Assembly: GCA_027604505.1 (NCBI GenBank)
Contig: JADIIX010000045.1
Span: 62,001 to 126,000 of the forward strand
DNA from: Gonapodya sp. JEL0774
Lineage: Eukaryota
Reading direction: 5' to 3'
DNA length: 64,000 bases
Under the pieces are notes generated by a model. That model was given only the letters and a program-made list of their open reading frames with translations, did not search any database and was not told where the DNA came from. Of the stretch, positions 12,002 through 23,475 are shown in pieces. A program made the position numbers and the translations under genes. Within the stretch, counting starts at the first letter, position 1, and each line of letters begins with the position of its first letter.

Positions 12002-13614
12002 ATGGGGTATAAAGACGACGTCCAGAATTTGAGAGCGTGAGTTCACCGACCTGGCTTGATTTGTGTCCGAAATAGGCCCATTATAAAATTCTGACCCCCT
12101 GAAAACTCCAGCCTTGCCGCAGTTGGTGGTGACACAATGGAAACCATAGCAGTTTTGGCAGGCGAGCGTCCATGGCCACCCTCCCGCGGGCAGAATCCCA
12201 GTGCTCCCGCACCGCCCCCCAAGTTGCCATCCCGGCAGAACACAGTGGGACCATCTTCCCAACAGATACCGGCACAATTTCGATCTCAAGTATCTCAACT
12301 GAGGGACATGGGTTTTGATGACACGGGGAAAGTCCTCAGAGCGTTGACGGAAGCAAAGGGCAAGACAGACGACGCAGTCGAAATATTGCTTCGAGGCGCG
12401 ACCAGCAACACACCATCCGCACCGAGCCAATTTTATCAGAGCTCAAATTCTCAAACGGCTAGAGGTTCGAAACCCCCACCACCCCAATCTCCACCGCCTC
12501 CTAAACCGCGACGGGATATTGACGACCTACTCGGTATGTCTTGCCTCACGAACAACTTTTGCTTCGTGACAATGGCAAGAAACGCTTAAACTCACTATGC
12601 TTATTTGCAGATTTGTTTGCAGAGCCTGCCCCACCACCGATCCAGCAAGGTCACCCACCGCAGCAACAGTACATCATGACCAACAGCATGGCGCAGGGCA
12701 TGGGCAATCCTGGACATATGGGGAGCATGGGTCAAATGGGAGGGACGGCTTCAATGGGAGGAATGGGGCAAATGGGAGGAGCAACTCCAATGGGTGGAAT
12801 GGGTCAATTTGGAGGAATTGGTCAAATGGGAGGAGTTGGTCAAATGGGAGGAATGAGCCCAATAGGAGGAATGAACCAAATGGGCGGAATGAACCAGATG
12901 GGCGGAATGGGGCAAATGTTGGCACCGAGTCACATGGGTGGTGTCATGGGACAAACCATGCCCGGGGCGATGAGCCAGTCAGGGATGGGCCAAATGAGCA
13001 GTTTTGGCCAGGGACAAATGGGTGGTTTGGGTCCAGTCGGTGGGGTGAGCCAATCGGGCGGGGCAGGTTCAGTTGGCGGAATTGTTCAATCCGGAGGAAA
13101 GGACCAGATCGGCCAAGAAGGACAAATGGGGCAAATGATGGTTCAAATGGGATCCAGCCCGCCGGGACAATTTAACACGTTCGGGGCATCTTATAGTCAA
13201 CCATCAAATCTGCTCCCGCCACCCACAAGCAACGTTGGATTTTTGGTACCGGGGAGTGGATTCAATAATACTGTTCAGAGCTGGAGTCCAGGGGCAGGAT
13301 TGATCGCGTCAGGCCAGTTGGGCAATTTTGGTGGCGGCACAGTGGTAAACACGCCACATCAGGTTGGTGGAGCGGGTGCGCAGCAGCCGAATGCCTTGGT
13401 GAATCCCTTTGCGCCAGTTTCGACCATGCCGCAGCAACAACTCTCCAGCCAGAATTTCTCCCCTCAGGGAGCTCTCCCAAGCAGTGGTCTGAATATTACT
13501 CAATATGCACATACTAATCAGCAACCACAGGGAAGCCTCTCTGGGTTTTCAGGGCAGACTGGGATTGGATCAACACCTCAATTCGGACAGTCATGGGGTG
13601 TACAGCAGTATTAA
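12002..13614 (+). CDS. UBA-domain protein with Gly/Gln/Met-rich low-complexity tail
   Basis: UBA domain SQVSQLRDMGFDDTGKVLRALTEAKGKTDDAVEILL. An intron at 12534..12610 joins DIDDLL/DLFAEP. Long GGMGQM repeat region and one NPF motif. Stop at 13614. The first exon (ATG 12002) is tentative. Confidence 0.75.
12714..13150 (+). repeat. Coding imperfect tandem repeat, unit about 18 nt (caaatgggaggaatgggt), encoding GGMGQM-like peptides
   Basis: Repeated caaatgggagga / ggaatgggg / atgggcgga units are visible, densest at 12714-12920. Confidence 0.85.
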
Positions 13615-13849
13615 GGTCTCGACTGTAGTTTTTGCATATTTTTGTATCCAATTTACCAATTTACGTAGGAGATTTGTGAAGAATTAGAACGAATCCGCGA
13701 ACATCAAACGATCGAGCGGCCACAGCCACCCACACATGTTGTCTCGGCGGTCGACGATCCGCTTCTATACCATCATTACATCTAGGTTCTGGAATTTTGG
13801 GGTCTTGATACCGAGGCATCTCAATCCAGAGAATAGTTTTTAGAGCTCC

Positions 13850-15355
13850 ATGGGAGTTCTCCATCAGCTTACGGGATCGCTCGCATCGAGGGCCAATGTC
13901 ACACCATCCCCGCGTTTCTATGCAGCCATCGCTTCCATGCCGCTCATCGACAATCATACACATATGATCATGAAAGATTACAGCAATCGTGATAACTTGG
14001 TACGTCGACAACCCTTAACGTCAAGTTTTCTGTTCTCACCCCATTTGTACAGTATGCATCATTTTCGGAAGCTGAAGGAGACGCAAGGAATGACGCCCGT
14101 TACGCAGTTTCGTATAGAAGAGCCCTCAAAGATCTGGCGATCTACTTGGTATGAAGCAGAGATGCTTGTTCTTCGTTTGCCACTTTCCAACTAGGATTGA
14201 TATCTCTTTCAGAACTGCCCGTCCGATCAAGCTGCTCAGAAATGCATTGCTCTAGCCAAGGAAGACGAGCAGAAGTTTGCCCGTGATATGATCAAGGCTT
14301 CAGGAGTCTCGCAGCTCTTGTTTGATGAGGGCCTCTATGGCGATTTCTACCCCCCGTCGTGGCACGATTTTGTGCCCAAACCTCACAAGAGGATATTGCG
14401 TTTGGAGAGAGTGGCCGAAGATGTTTTGCTGGAAATGGCCAAGTCGGGTGTTCAAGGGGATTACCCTGGCCTGTTCGTTGCGAGTTTCCTGCAGGCAATT
14501 GAGCCGAACGCCAGTGTTGTGGGCTACAAATCTGTGGCCGCTTATCGTTCTGGACTTGAAGTTGATCCCACCTCGACGACGAATCCCGAAGTAACCCAAG
14601 CAATAGCAGGTTACATCGAGGTCTACATCTCGAGCCTTTCCGTGCAAATTGCGACGGGGAAGGCAGAAACTCCCAGAGTCCGGGTTGCAGACAAAAAGTT
14701 TATCGACTGGATTATAAATCTCGCAATTCCGAACTGCATTAAGCACCAGCTACCGCTGCAATTCCACACGGGGCATGGAGATACAGACATGGACTTACGT
14801 TACGGGAATCCACTTCATCTTCAAGCTCTTGCCAAAGCTTATCCCGGATTGAACATCGTTATGCTGCATACGTCTTATCCCTTTTGCAGGGAGAGCGGGT
14901 GGATGGCTGCGATGTTCCCAAATTGTTATGCAGACTTCGGCGAGATTCAACCTTTCGGAAGTCGAGAAGCAAACGTAGAGGCTCTACGAGAGGTGAGCTG
15001 ACACTTCTCGTCTTTCCTGAAATGCAAAGTGCAGCGTGCTGAGCTGTTGCTTCTTTGACAGCTCCTTCATTTAGCGCCAGCGAACAAAATTCTGTATTCC
15101 TCGGACGCACATTTATTCCCAGAGACGTAAGTACAACCGTTTCTGAAAGATAGCTCTGGTTGCTCAACAAATATCTAATGTTTCAATGTTAGATACCTGT
15201 TTGGTGCAATGTACTTCCGTGATGCGCTTGCGAAGGTCCTGGGAGACATGATCTCCAATGGAGATCTTGATGAAACTGAAGGTATCGAGTTTGCAGAATT
15301 GATTTGCTGGAGAAATTCTGCGAAACTCTATCAACTTAAGGAATGGTCATCCTAG
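13850..15355 (+). CDS. Metal-dependent amidohydrolase (Amidohydro_2, FluG/NodGS N-terminal-domain type)
   Basis: IDNHTH (HxH), GYKSVAAYRSGL, LPLQFHTGHGDTD, MLHTSYPFCRESGW..MFPNCYADFGE, LAPANKILYSSDAHLFPE. The last exon ends KLYQLKEWSS* with TAG at 15353-15355. Confidence 0.9.
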
Positions 15356-15652
15356 CTTGTAGACTAATTGATTGTGAGTAATAAAAGAGCCGAGGTTTAT
15401 TGATGATGGTGAGCAAAAACAGCAGAGGTTTCAGATGAAAATCGGGCAAGAAAGTGATGCGAAAGCAAAGAGTCATGTGCGCCTTCATCTGACTGCTGAA
15501 GGGTTTGTCGCCGAAGAAAGACAATTTGATTCGTATTATGTCTTGCTTCTATTGTCACGCTGGCATGCCGCGGAACAATCCGATCAATGATAAGCGGTTA
15601 AACTTGTTGAGCCGAAGCCAGAAGCGAAAGGTCCCAATCTTTCCCTCATTCG

Positions 15653-18600
15653 ATGTCCATCGCGTCTGCATCCCATAGGTGCGTGATACCTGTGTCTAAT
15701 TCCAGTTTCTCTCGATTATCACTGAGGTTTTGACTTGCCCATTACGATGTTTCGCCGCGATAATGTGTTGGAATGAACACCTCTGATACTTGCTTCATCA
15801 CACGCTCATCGAAACTATGATAATTCACGCGTGTGCTATTGTCGGTGTGGGACGTGTGCTTGATTGGACTGGCAAAACGGATCTAGTTATGTATTTGGAA
15901 CACGGCGTGATATTAAGCATAATGTTCACTATGCGGACGAGTCAAACATTCTTTATCCAGCAGGATCCAATATAGTCTGTGAGTTCTTTGTAGCCTTCTC
16001 GCTTGTGGTCTCAACTTCTCACAGTCAGAGAAAGTCTTGGACCCTGAGCTCAGAACACAAAAGTTCCTTCCGGTTTCCGAACGGGGCGAAACAATCTGCT
16101 CTCTTACAGTATCAGCTGACCGACAACTCCTTGCCGTCGCAGAAAGTACACGCGGGAGTGCAGCGCAACTCCTCCACCAGACCACGAGTTCGGTATCTGC
16201 TCCTTCACACTCTACCAGTCCATTAACCCCTCAAGCCTACGGGAAGCCAATAATAAACATATATGAGCTCTCGACTTTGCGCAGACGCAAGATTCTTGCG
16301 GGATACGGGGGACCTGGAAGCGGACCCTCGATATCGGTCCCAGATACGTCTTCGCAAACCGATATGGGACCGAGTACAGGAATATCCGTTCCGGAAATGT
16401 ACTCCCGAGTAAGTTTCTAGATTAGTCTCTTCATTTTGGAGTGTATTCCTAATGCTTTTTTGGATTGCTTCAACCAAAGGATTTCGTAGACCTTTCCTTT
16501 TCTACGGATTCGAAGTACTTGGCGGCGATAAGTGGTGAGTGTCCCTCTACTATGTATTCAGAGATTTAAAGCTCTATGATCATGATTACACTGGCACAAC
16601 TCAGGTGCACCTGATTGGACCCTACATTATTTCGCATGGGAGAAGGTGACATCACATTGCAGCTTTCCTGTAGGAGCTCGTCGATATTTATTAGTCTGCT
16701 TGAATCCAGGGGAAACTTGTTGCCATGTTCTCTAACGTTGCAAGAACGTCTCCTGTTGGTTCTACAGGTTCTTTAAATGAACTTCCATCACCAGCTTCTG
16801 GCCGACCTCGCGCACCGAGTGCTCCTCTTTCATATTCACCGTTTATAGCACCACAAACATTGAGTGTTCCACTTCATTTATCTCGGTCTCGCGGTCCCAG
16901 TCTTGGAGATTCCTCAACTGGTGTCTCTAGGTCTGGTGACCTAAGTGTTGTGCAAGGTCCTACGGTGCAACAAATGTCCTTGAATCCGGAAGACGCTTCT
17001 CTTATTTGTTGCACCGGGCGTGGTGTTCTCAAAATGTATGAGTACCTGGATGGAAGGTTCAGTGAGACGGACTTGGGTGCCAAATTGGCTGACAAGGTAT
17101 TAGTACTTCACATGCAATCGTCAAAGAAACATCTATAACTTGGTGTTTCAAGTTCCCCAGCATGGATTTTCGATGCCACTCTTTCCTCGATCCCACTCTT
17201 GTAGTTGTTGGCACAGGAGCGGGAAGCGTCCACCTTGTCCTTCTTCATTCTTCTCAACCGAGGGTGTTGCGCACGTTTCTTGATCCACTTTCAAGAGCAC
17301 CAGTAGTGCGAACGAATCTCTTTGATGATCCTTCGTCGATCTTGCTGACATCATCATCTGCTTCTGCAATTGCAATTGATTGTGTCTCCGCCACGCCGCG
17401 TGGCTTCTATGTGGCTGGGGCAGCCGGTTTCGTTGCACTATTTGTGAAAGGCGTCGGTGTGGCCCAACCGGAGGCGCTTAACCTGGTGGCGAGTGGCGCT
17501 TCCATGACACGCAAAAGGGTGTCATCCACAGACAGCGCGGATTCCACCCATAGCAGAATGGCATCTCCGCTGATGCTCTCAGCAACGAAGCACAGTGATA
17601 GCGAATGGAAAATGGCAAAGAGGATTTTGCTTCCCGATGGAGCCGAGAGAGTTCTTTCAATGTCTGTGAGTCCCGGCGGTGAGTGGGCGGTTGTTGGAGC
17701 GGAAGGATCTGGTGGTGGTGGAATGATTGCACGAGCAGCGATGGCTTGGGGTGAGGTGGGGAAGGTGGGTTTGGCTTCCGCGTGTCTCACCTTCCGTGGG
17801 GATGGGGTGGATTGACGGTGGCTCTTTCAGCCAGAAGACATTTCTTTTACTCCAGTTACCCCGCTTCATCACACTCAACCCATTACTGGCCTCAGTGTAT
17901 GTCCTCGGAGACCAATCGCTGTGTCGACGTCACCGGACCGAACGTTGCGGGTGTGGAACTACCACACTTGCTCTCTTGAATTTTGCAAATCGTTTGCGGA
18001 AGAAGTCTTGGCGGTCGCTCTTCATCCCAGTGGACTTTACGCTGCCGTTGGGTTTAGCGACAAGTTAAGGGTCATGACCCTCCTCACAGACGATGCTCGA
18101 GTAACAAAAGAGATTAGCATCCGCGGTTGCCGAGAGGTATGTGCTGTCCCTCCACTTCTCTTGCTTTTTGTTGCTCCTGCTTGATCTGACCATAGTTTTT
18201 GAACTTTGCAAAAGGTCTGCTTTTCCAACGGTGGTCATGTTTTTGCGGCAGCCAACAACACCGCGATCCAATTATTTGCAACATGGACTACTGAACCTCT
18301 GGCGACGCTCAAAGGGCACAACGGTCGCGTGCGTTCCCTCTACTTTACTGCTTCCGACGCACACCTCGTTTCTGCGGGCGCAGATGGTGCAGTTTACGTC
18401 TGGAACGTTCGAGAGGGGAAAAGAGAGGCGGAATACATCCAAAAATCTGTTCTGTGGAATTGTGCTGTGGGCGATGTAGAGGGCAAGACTGTTTGGGCTG
18501 CCGGAAGTGATAAGACACTCAAAGAAGTCAGCGACAGCATGCTGACGAAAGAGGTGGAATGTAACACGATCTTGACGCAAATCGTGGTCAGCAGGACGGG

Positions 18601-20944
18601 GCGGATGATGTTCGCAGGTTTGTGTGGTTCATAAAGTACAGCACGTATTTACCGAGCAAATCTGTGCCACTTGTCTTGCGATGAGTAGGAACGGCAAACG
18701 GCACTATTCGTGCAATAAAAGTTCCACTGACAGGAGACCCATCGGATTATCAGGAGCACCAAGCACATTCTTCCCCTATCACGCGACTCCGCCTCTCACC
18801 AGATGATCAGTTTTTGTTATCGGGCGCTGAGGATGGGAGCGTTTTTATTTTTAAGGTCGAGGAGCGAGATCCGAAGGGTCTCAAGCGAGAACGGGTAACG
18901 ATGTACTCGGAAGAGGTAAGATGGAAGTGCCTTTCACACACCCGGTCATCCGGCACAATAATTCTGCTCTGATGACACTTTAAAGGTTCTTGTGACGCGG
19001 TCAGACCTTGAGGAGAAGCACGTCCTAGTCGCCGAGCTCGAGCGTAGCCTGGAGGAGCTCAAAATTGAGCACGAGTATCAACTGCGACTCAAAGATATGT
19101 CCTACAATGAAAAAATCAAAGAACTCACTGAGAAGTTTTCTCATGAAATCGAGGACCTCAGAGTAAAGACTACAAGTTTGAAAGGTGAAAAAGAAAGGGA
19201 TGAGAATAGGCACGAAGAAGCAAGACGTCAGGAAGAAACCAAACACGCCCAGGCTTTGCAGGTGCGTCAATGATTTGCATGTATTTAGCCATAGATTGAG
19301 CCAGAGCTCTGTTCCGGATGGCAGGATCAAGAAACGAAGTTCAACCAGAAAATGATGATCGAATACGAAAAGTATCAAGATCTGGAACGCAATGCCGAGA
19401 TTCTACAAAGAGACTGGGAACAGCGCTCACGCGATTTCCATGATGCTGAAAGGAAGGAACTTACCTCGGTAACAAATGCTTTCGAGGACAAAGTGCGGCA
19501 GCGTCTCGGAGAATTAACCAGAGTGAGTGGGTGTCTAATAACAGATTATTTCATCTGAATTGACCCTTCTCTCTCACCCTGGATCCGCCTTCCAGCTCCA
19601 AGACGAGATGGGAGACAAAACCAGAGAGTACGCCGAGTGGATTGAGCAGATAAGACGAGATATTGGTCAGGAACTTATGACGTTGAAGGACAAGTACGAG
19701 CACCGTCTGAATGCTGAAAAGGATTTGAGCACTCGTTTAAAGTCGGATATTGCTGTAATGCGCAAGAAGTTCGTGACACTGCAAAAGGAAATCGACGAAC
19801 ATGCCCAAGAAAAGCAGAAAGCCGTAGAAAACGAGAAAAAACTCAACAACGTGATTTTAAACCTTGAACGCGATCTCACCGCTCTGAAGAAAGAGGTGAG
19901 AGCTGCCTGTCGAATGCGGATATGTCTCACAACCGCACCCGTACTTGCTTGACAATCCGAACTATTTCGTTAAGATGCAAGAGCGTGACGAAACCATTCA
20001 AGATAAAGAGCGGCGTGTTTATGACTTGAAGAAGAAGAATCAAGAGCTTGAAAAATACAAGTTTGTCCTGGATCATCGCATAAAGGAACTCAAGCAACAG
20101 GTTGAGCCTAAGGAAATTCAAATCAAGGATATGGGCAGAAAGATACAAGAGATGAACGATGAACTTGAATCGTTGAATGCATACAAGCACCACCTGCTCA
20201 CAACAATTGAAGAATTGAGATCATCAATCGACAATGTGAAGCAAAGCTACGCGAAGGAGCATCAGTCTGCTCACGACATACGTCAGCAGATCCGAAAGGC
20301 ACGGAAGGATTTAACTGACACAGTGTGCTATCTCCAAGATCCCGCAGTTTTACGAGTGAGATTATTAGGAAACTTGAAACGTCCAACCACAAGCTAACAC
20401 AAAATTCGTACTCAATTGCTTCCAAGAAATCCATTGACGCTATGGGTGACCGCTATCTAGGAAAATCTCAGCAAGAACGATCCCGCTACCAACGCAAAAT
20501 AAACGTAGATGAGGACGTTCGGCTCGAGCATGTTCGGCACATGGAGCATCTTCGGGCGCAGGTTGCCATGCTGCGGGGATGTGGAGAAGTTCAGCTGGCC
20601 CAGCACAGGGTCGATTCTTTGCCAATGATTAAGGAGAATCAAGGTCTCATCCGGTACGTATTCATTGTTTTTGTTTGAAGTATGTGCGTCTGTTTTCACC
20701 TCTATTTTTGTCATTGGCGTATGTATGACTCTCCGATGCTTGAAGACAATTAACGGAAATGAGGAAGGAGAAATCCATTCTTGACAAGCGGAAAGGCACC
20801 ACGCCACCACAACCCTCCTCTGTGAGAGCTGGCTCCGTAGAAGCAGAGGGAGGTCTATTTGCAGGAAATTTGAGGTTGAGAGGCAGCAATGCACCTCCCA
20901 GTTCAGGGCCTCAAGGCATGGTGCGAGTGGCCACATTAGTGTAA
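15653..20944 (+). CDS. CFAP57: Cilia- and flagella-associated protein 57 (WD40 repeats plus coiled coil)
   Basis: MSIASASHS/YVFGTRRDIKHNVHYADESNILYPAGSNIV, FSTDSKYLAA..GAPDWTLHYFAWEK, STSPDRTLRVWNY, VALHPSG, VTRSDLEEK, MIEYEKYQ, ERDETIQDKERRVYDLKKKNQELEKYKFVLDHRIKELKQQVEPKE. These are hallmark CFAP57/WDR65 segments. Confidence 0.93.
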
Positions 20945-21988
20945 AGAGCAGAATGTCGTGTGGGACCGAACGCTTTGGGCTTCATAAGTTTAACACCCGA
21001 ACTATTTTTTTCTTTGTTTGCATTAGGATACATATTTGTCTTTTCTTTAGCAGATTGGCATTTAGGATAATTTCGTATCTTTTGTATGAATATTTGCAAT
21101 GAAGTGAGAACGTGACATATCCGATTCTTTCGTGAAGAAAATAGATGGAGATTCTGGTGAGTTCGTCTTTAGAGCCAGAGCATGCCCTTGGAGTGGACAC
21201 TCCCGCCACTAATGGGGATCGAGATTTGTTCTTGCAGTTCACCCACACAAGGAACATTCTACATTTCAACCTCTCTTGATCTCACTATAATACATCCTTA
21301 ATTTTGTAATGAGAATACCGGCGGGGCCTTCAAGTGCGCAAAAGCGCAGAGAAGACCGTCGATTTCAATGAAATATGTTGACTCCAAATAGGCATTTAGC
21401 TTTGAAATTTGGAAGCTAAAGCTCCTGTGTCCATCTATTCCCATGGATTTGACCAAACTGCTTTGCAGTGGTTGGGATTATTGGAGGAGTTAAGCCAGGT
21501 AGAGGAGCGAATTTTGCATGTCGCACTACATCAGCGTTCATCAATAGTACGGATGTTCTACCATTCATTGTGGGGGGTTGCAAAGCCCGCAGCGGTGCCA
21601 GCTAATGTGTGCACAAACAAAGAGTGTGCACATTTGCAGGCACAGGTTTTAACTGTTCACATTATAGCCCAGCACACCAACTCTATGCGTATCCTACGGT
21701 TGAGGAAGGTGAAGACTCCAAACCACAAACTGCAATCTTAAAAATCACCAACTCCCATGGTGTGGCAGCTCGCACCACTCCTCCCATAAGTGGTGGTACT
21801 TGGGAGCGGAGAGGTGTGTACAGTGAAGGTTCCGGACTTCCACAACAGAAGGCTCCCGTCATTGGTTCCACCACCCTGTTCACTCATCTTCACTGAGGCC
21901 AGTTGACTCCACTGTATCCGCCGGCTACACAGAGTTCCTTTTCATTGTGTTTGACGTCTTTGAGTTGAGCCAAAGGTCGGAGAAGCTC

Positions 21989-22700
21989 TCATTGGGCAGG
22001 GAAGTTGGTGCAAGAGGGGAAAAGGTCAGCAACCACGAGACCAAGACCAAAGGCCGATTTGCAATTATCTACCAATTTCGAGTTGCTCACATTCCATATT
22101 GCAGCCCAAAGCCCACAGCAGAGGTAGACGCCGCAATGATTGCCCTGTTCGCTCACTCGAGGGTGTGTGTCTGCCATCGAACCCCACCAATCGACCTGTT
22201 CTTCTTCATTGGTTTTGCGGTGGTTTCTTGGTGAAGGTATTGCACGGGGGAAAAAGTATCATAGATTCAATAGACAAGAGTGGTTGTGTAACTGTTCAAA
22301 AATCAAATCCGACTCGGTGAAAACAATGGGATATTCATTGGGAAATTGAGCACCCCACACGCCCCACATGTCACTCTAGGCGTATTGCTGTTTGACATTT
22401 CTTCCTGATATGCAGACAAAGCATTCATTTGGGTCAAGTTATGGATTGCTGGGGGGAACATGGCAAGTGGCCTGGTGCCGAGCGAGCTGTTACAATCCTC
22501 CAGAACCTCTCTTTGAGCGTCCATAAATATCCTTCGCTGCTTCATTTGGCTTCGATCCATCGCTGTAATCTGATGCAACATGGGAATCGTCAATCGACCG
22601 GTGCAACAAGCGATTTGCAGCATCACAGACTCGCAAACGGACGTCATACCTGCTCCCACAACACCTATTTGATTTCCCGCGATCTCCATTTCGGCTTCAT
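21989..22700 (-). pseudogene. Possible degenerate transposon-derived coding fragment (Helitron-like N-terminal motif)
   Basis: Broken ORFs in an otherwise gene-free gap of about 2.5 kb. FPPAIH...AYQEEMS...TCGACG resembles the FPP..CxxCG region preceding fungal Helitron Rep domains, followed by a frameshift and stops. No termini identified. Confidence 0.3.
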
Positions 22701-23475
22701 TTGACTGCGATCCGCTGAACATATCTGAAACGACCTGCGATTCCGCAGGTTGCTGATGATTCCCACCAGGCCTTGCTCGGAACCTCCTAGCGAGCACCAG
22801 CTGACCAAATCGTTTCGTTGTGACCATCCAAGTGAGACTCGTGAAAATTGGGAAGTCGAGTACCCGATTTCCTGCCCACAGCGCAGGGGCACGGATTTGA
22901 TCGGCCTTCACCTGAACATCTTACATATATCTTTCTCTCACACCGTTAGGATCTGTAAACCTTCAAGCGTTCCGCTGTGAGATTATATCAATTCTCTGAG
23001 CAACGCCCCCCCCTCTCCCCAATAAATCGTTGTGGTACCAGGTTGGATGCTTCCATTCTTCAACTTCTCCAATTTAAAAGTCGGCTCTGTAAAGTTGTTG
23101 AGCTCTTGAGTGTGGCTTGATGTACTTGTTGTTACTCTGTACCGTGTTAGTGGGCCTCAACGGTCTTTTGTATGATTTGAATAGGGGATAGAAGTCTTTC
23201 AAAGCGTAGTGTGCGCATCCTACTAACAGCACCGTCTAGATCTCATGTTGTTTACTGTTTGATTTCACAAGTACAAGTCTGTTGTTATTCTCCGTCACTT
23301 GGAAATAAGTCTGAGGGGTGGACAAACTGGGACGAGAGTGCTGTGCCACAAAACCGACCGTTCCCAGTGTGAGAAACGATTTGAAGTAACATTCAAATCG
23401 GCAATCATGAACGCAAAGAGGTGAAAACATGCGTAAGATAATTGCAATACATTCTCCGTTCTTCAGCAGTAATGT

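Noticed and set aside
12714..13150. Regularly spaced repeats as a possible CRISPR array or satellite
   Set aside because: The units are degenerate at third codon positions, lack unique spacers and lie in frame in a coding exon.
6937..15355. HAD phosphatase, CoA-transferase III and amidohydrolase as a horizontally acquired metabolic cluster
   Set aside because: They are interleaved with Mic26/27 and the UBA gene, all contain introns, the families are common in fungi and no shared pathway is evident.
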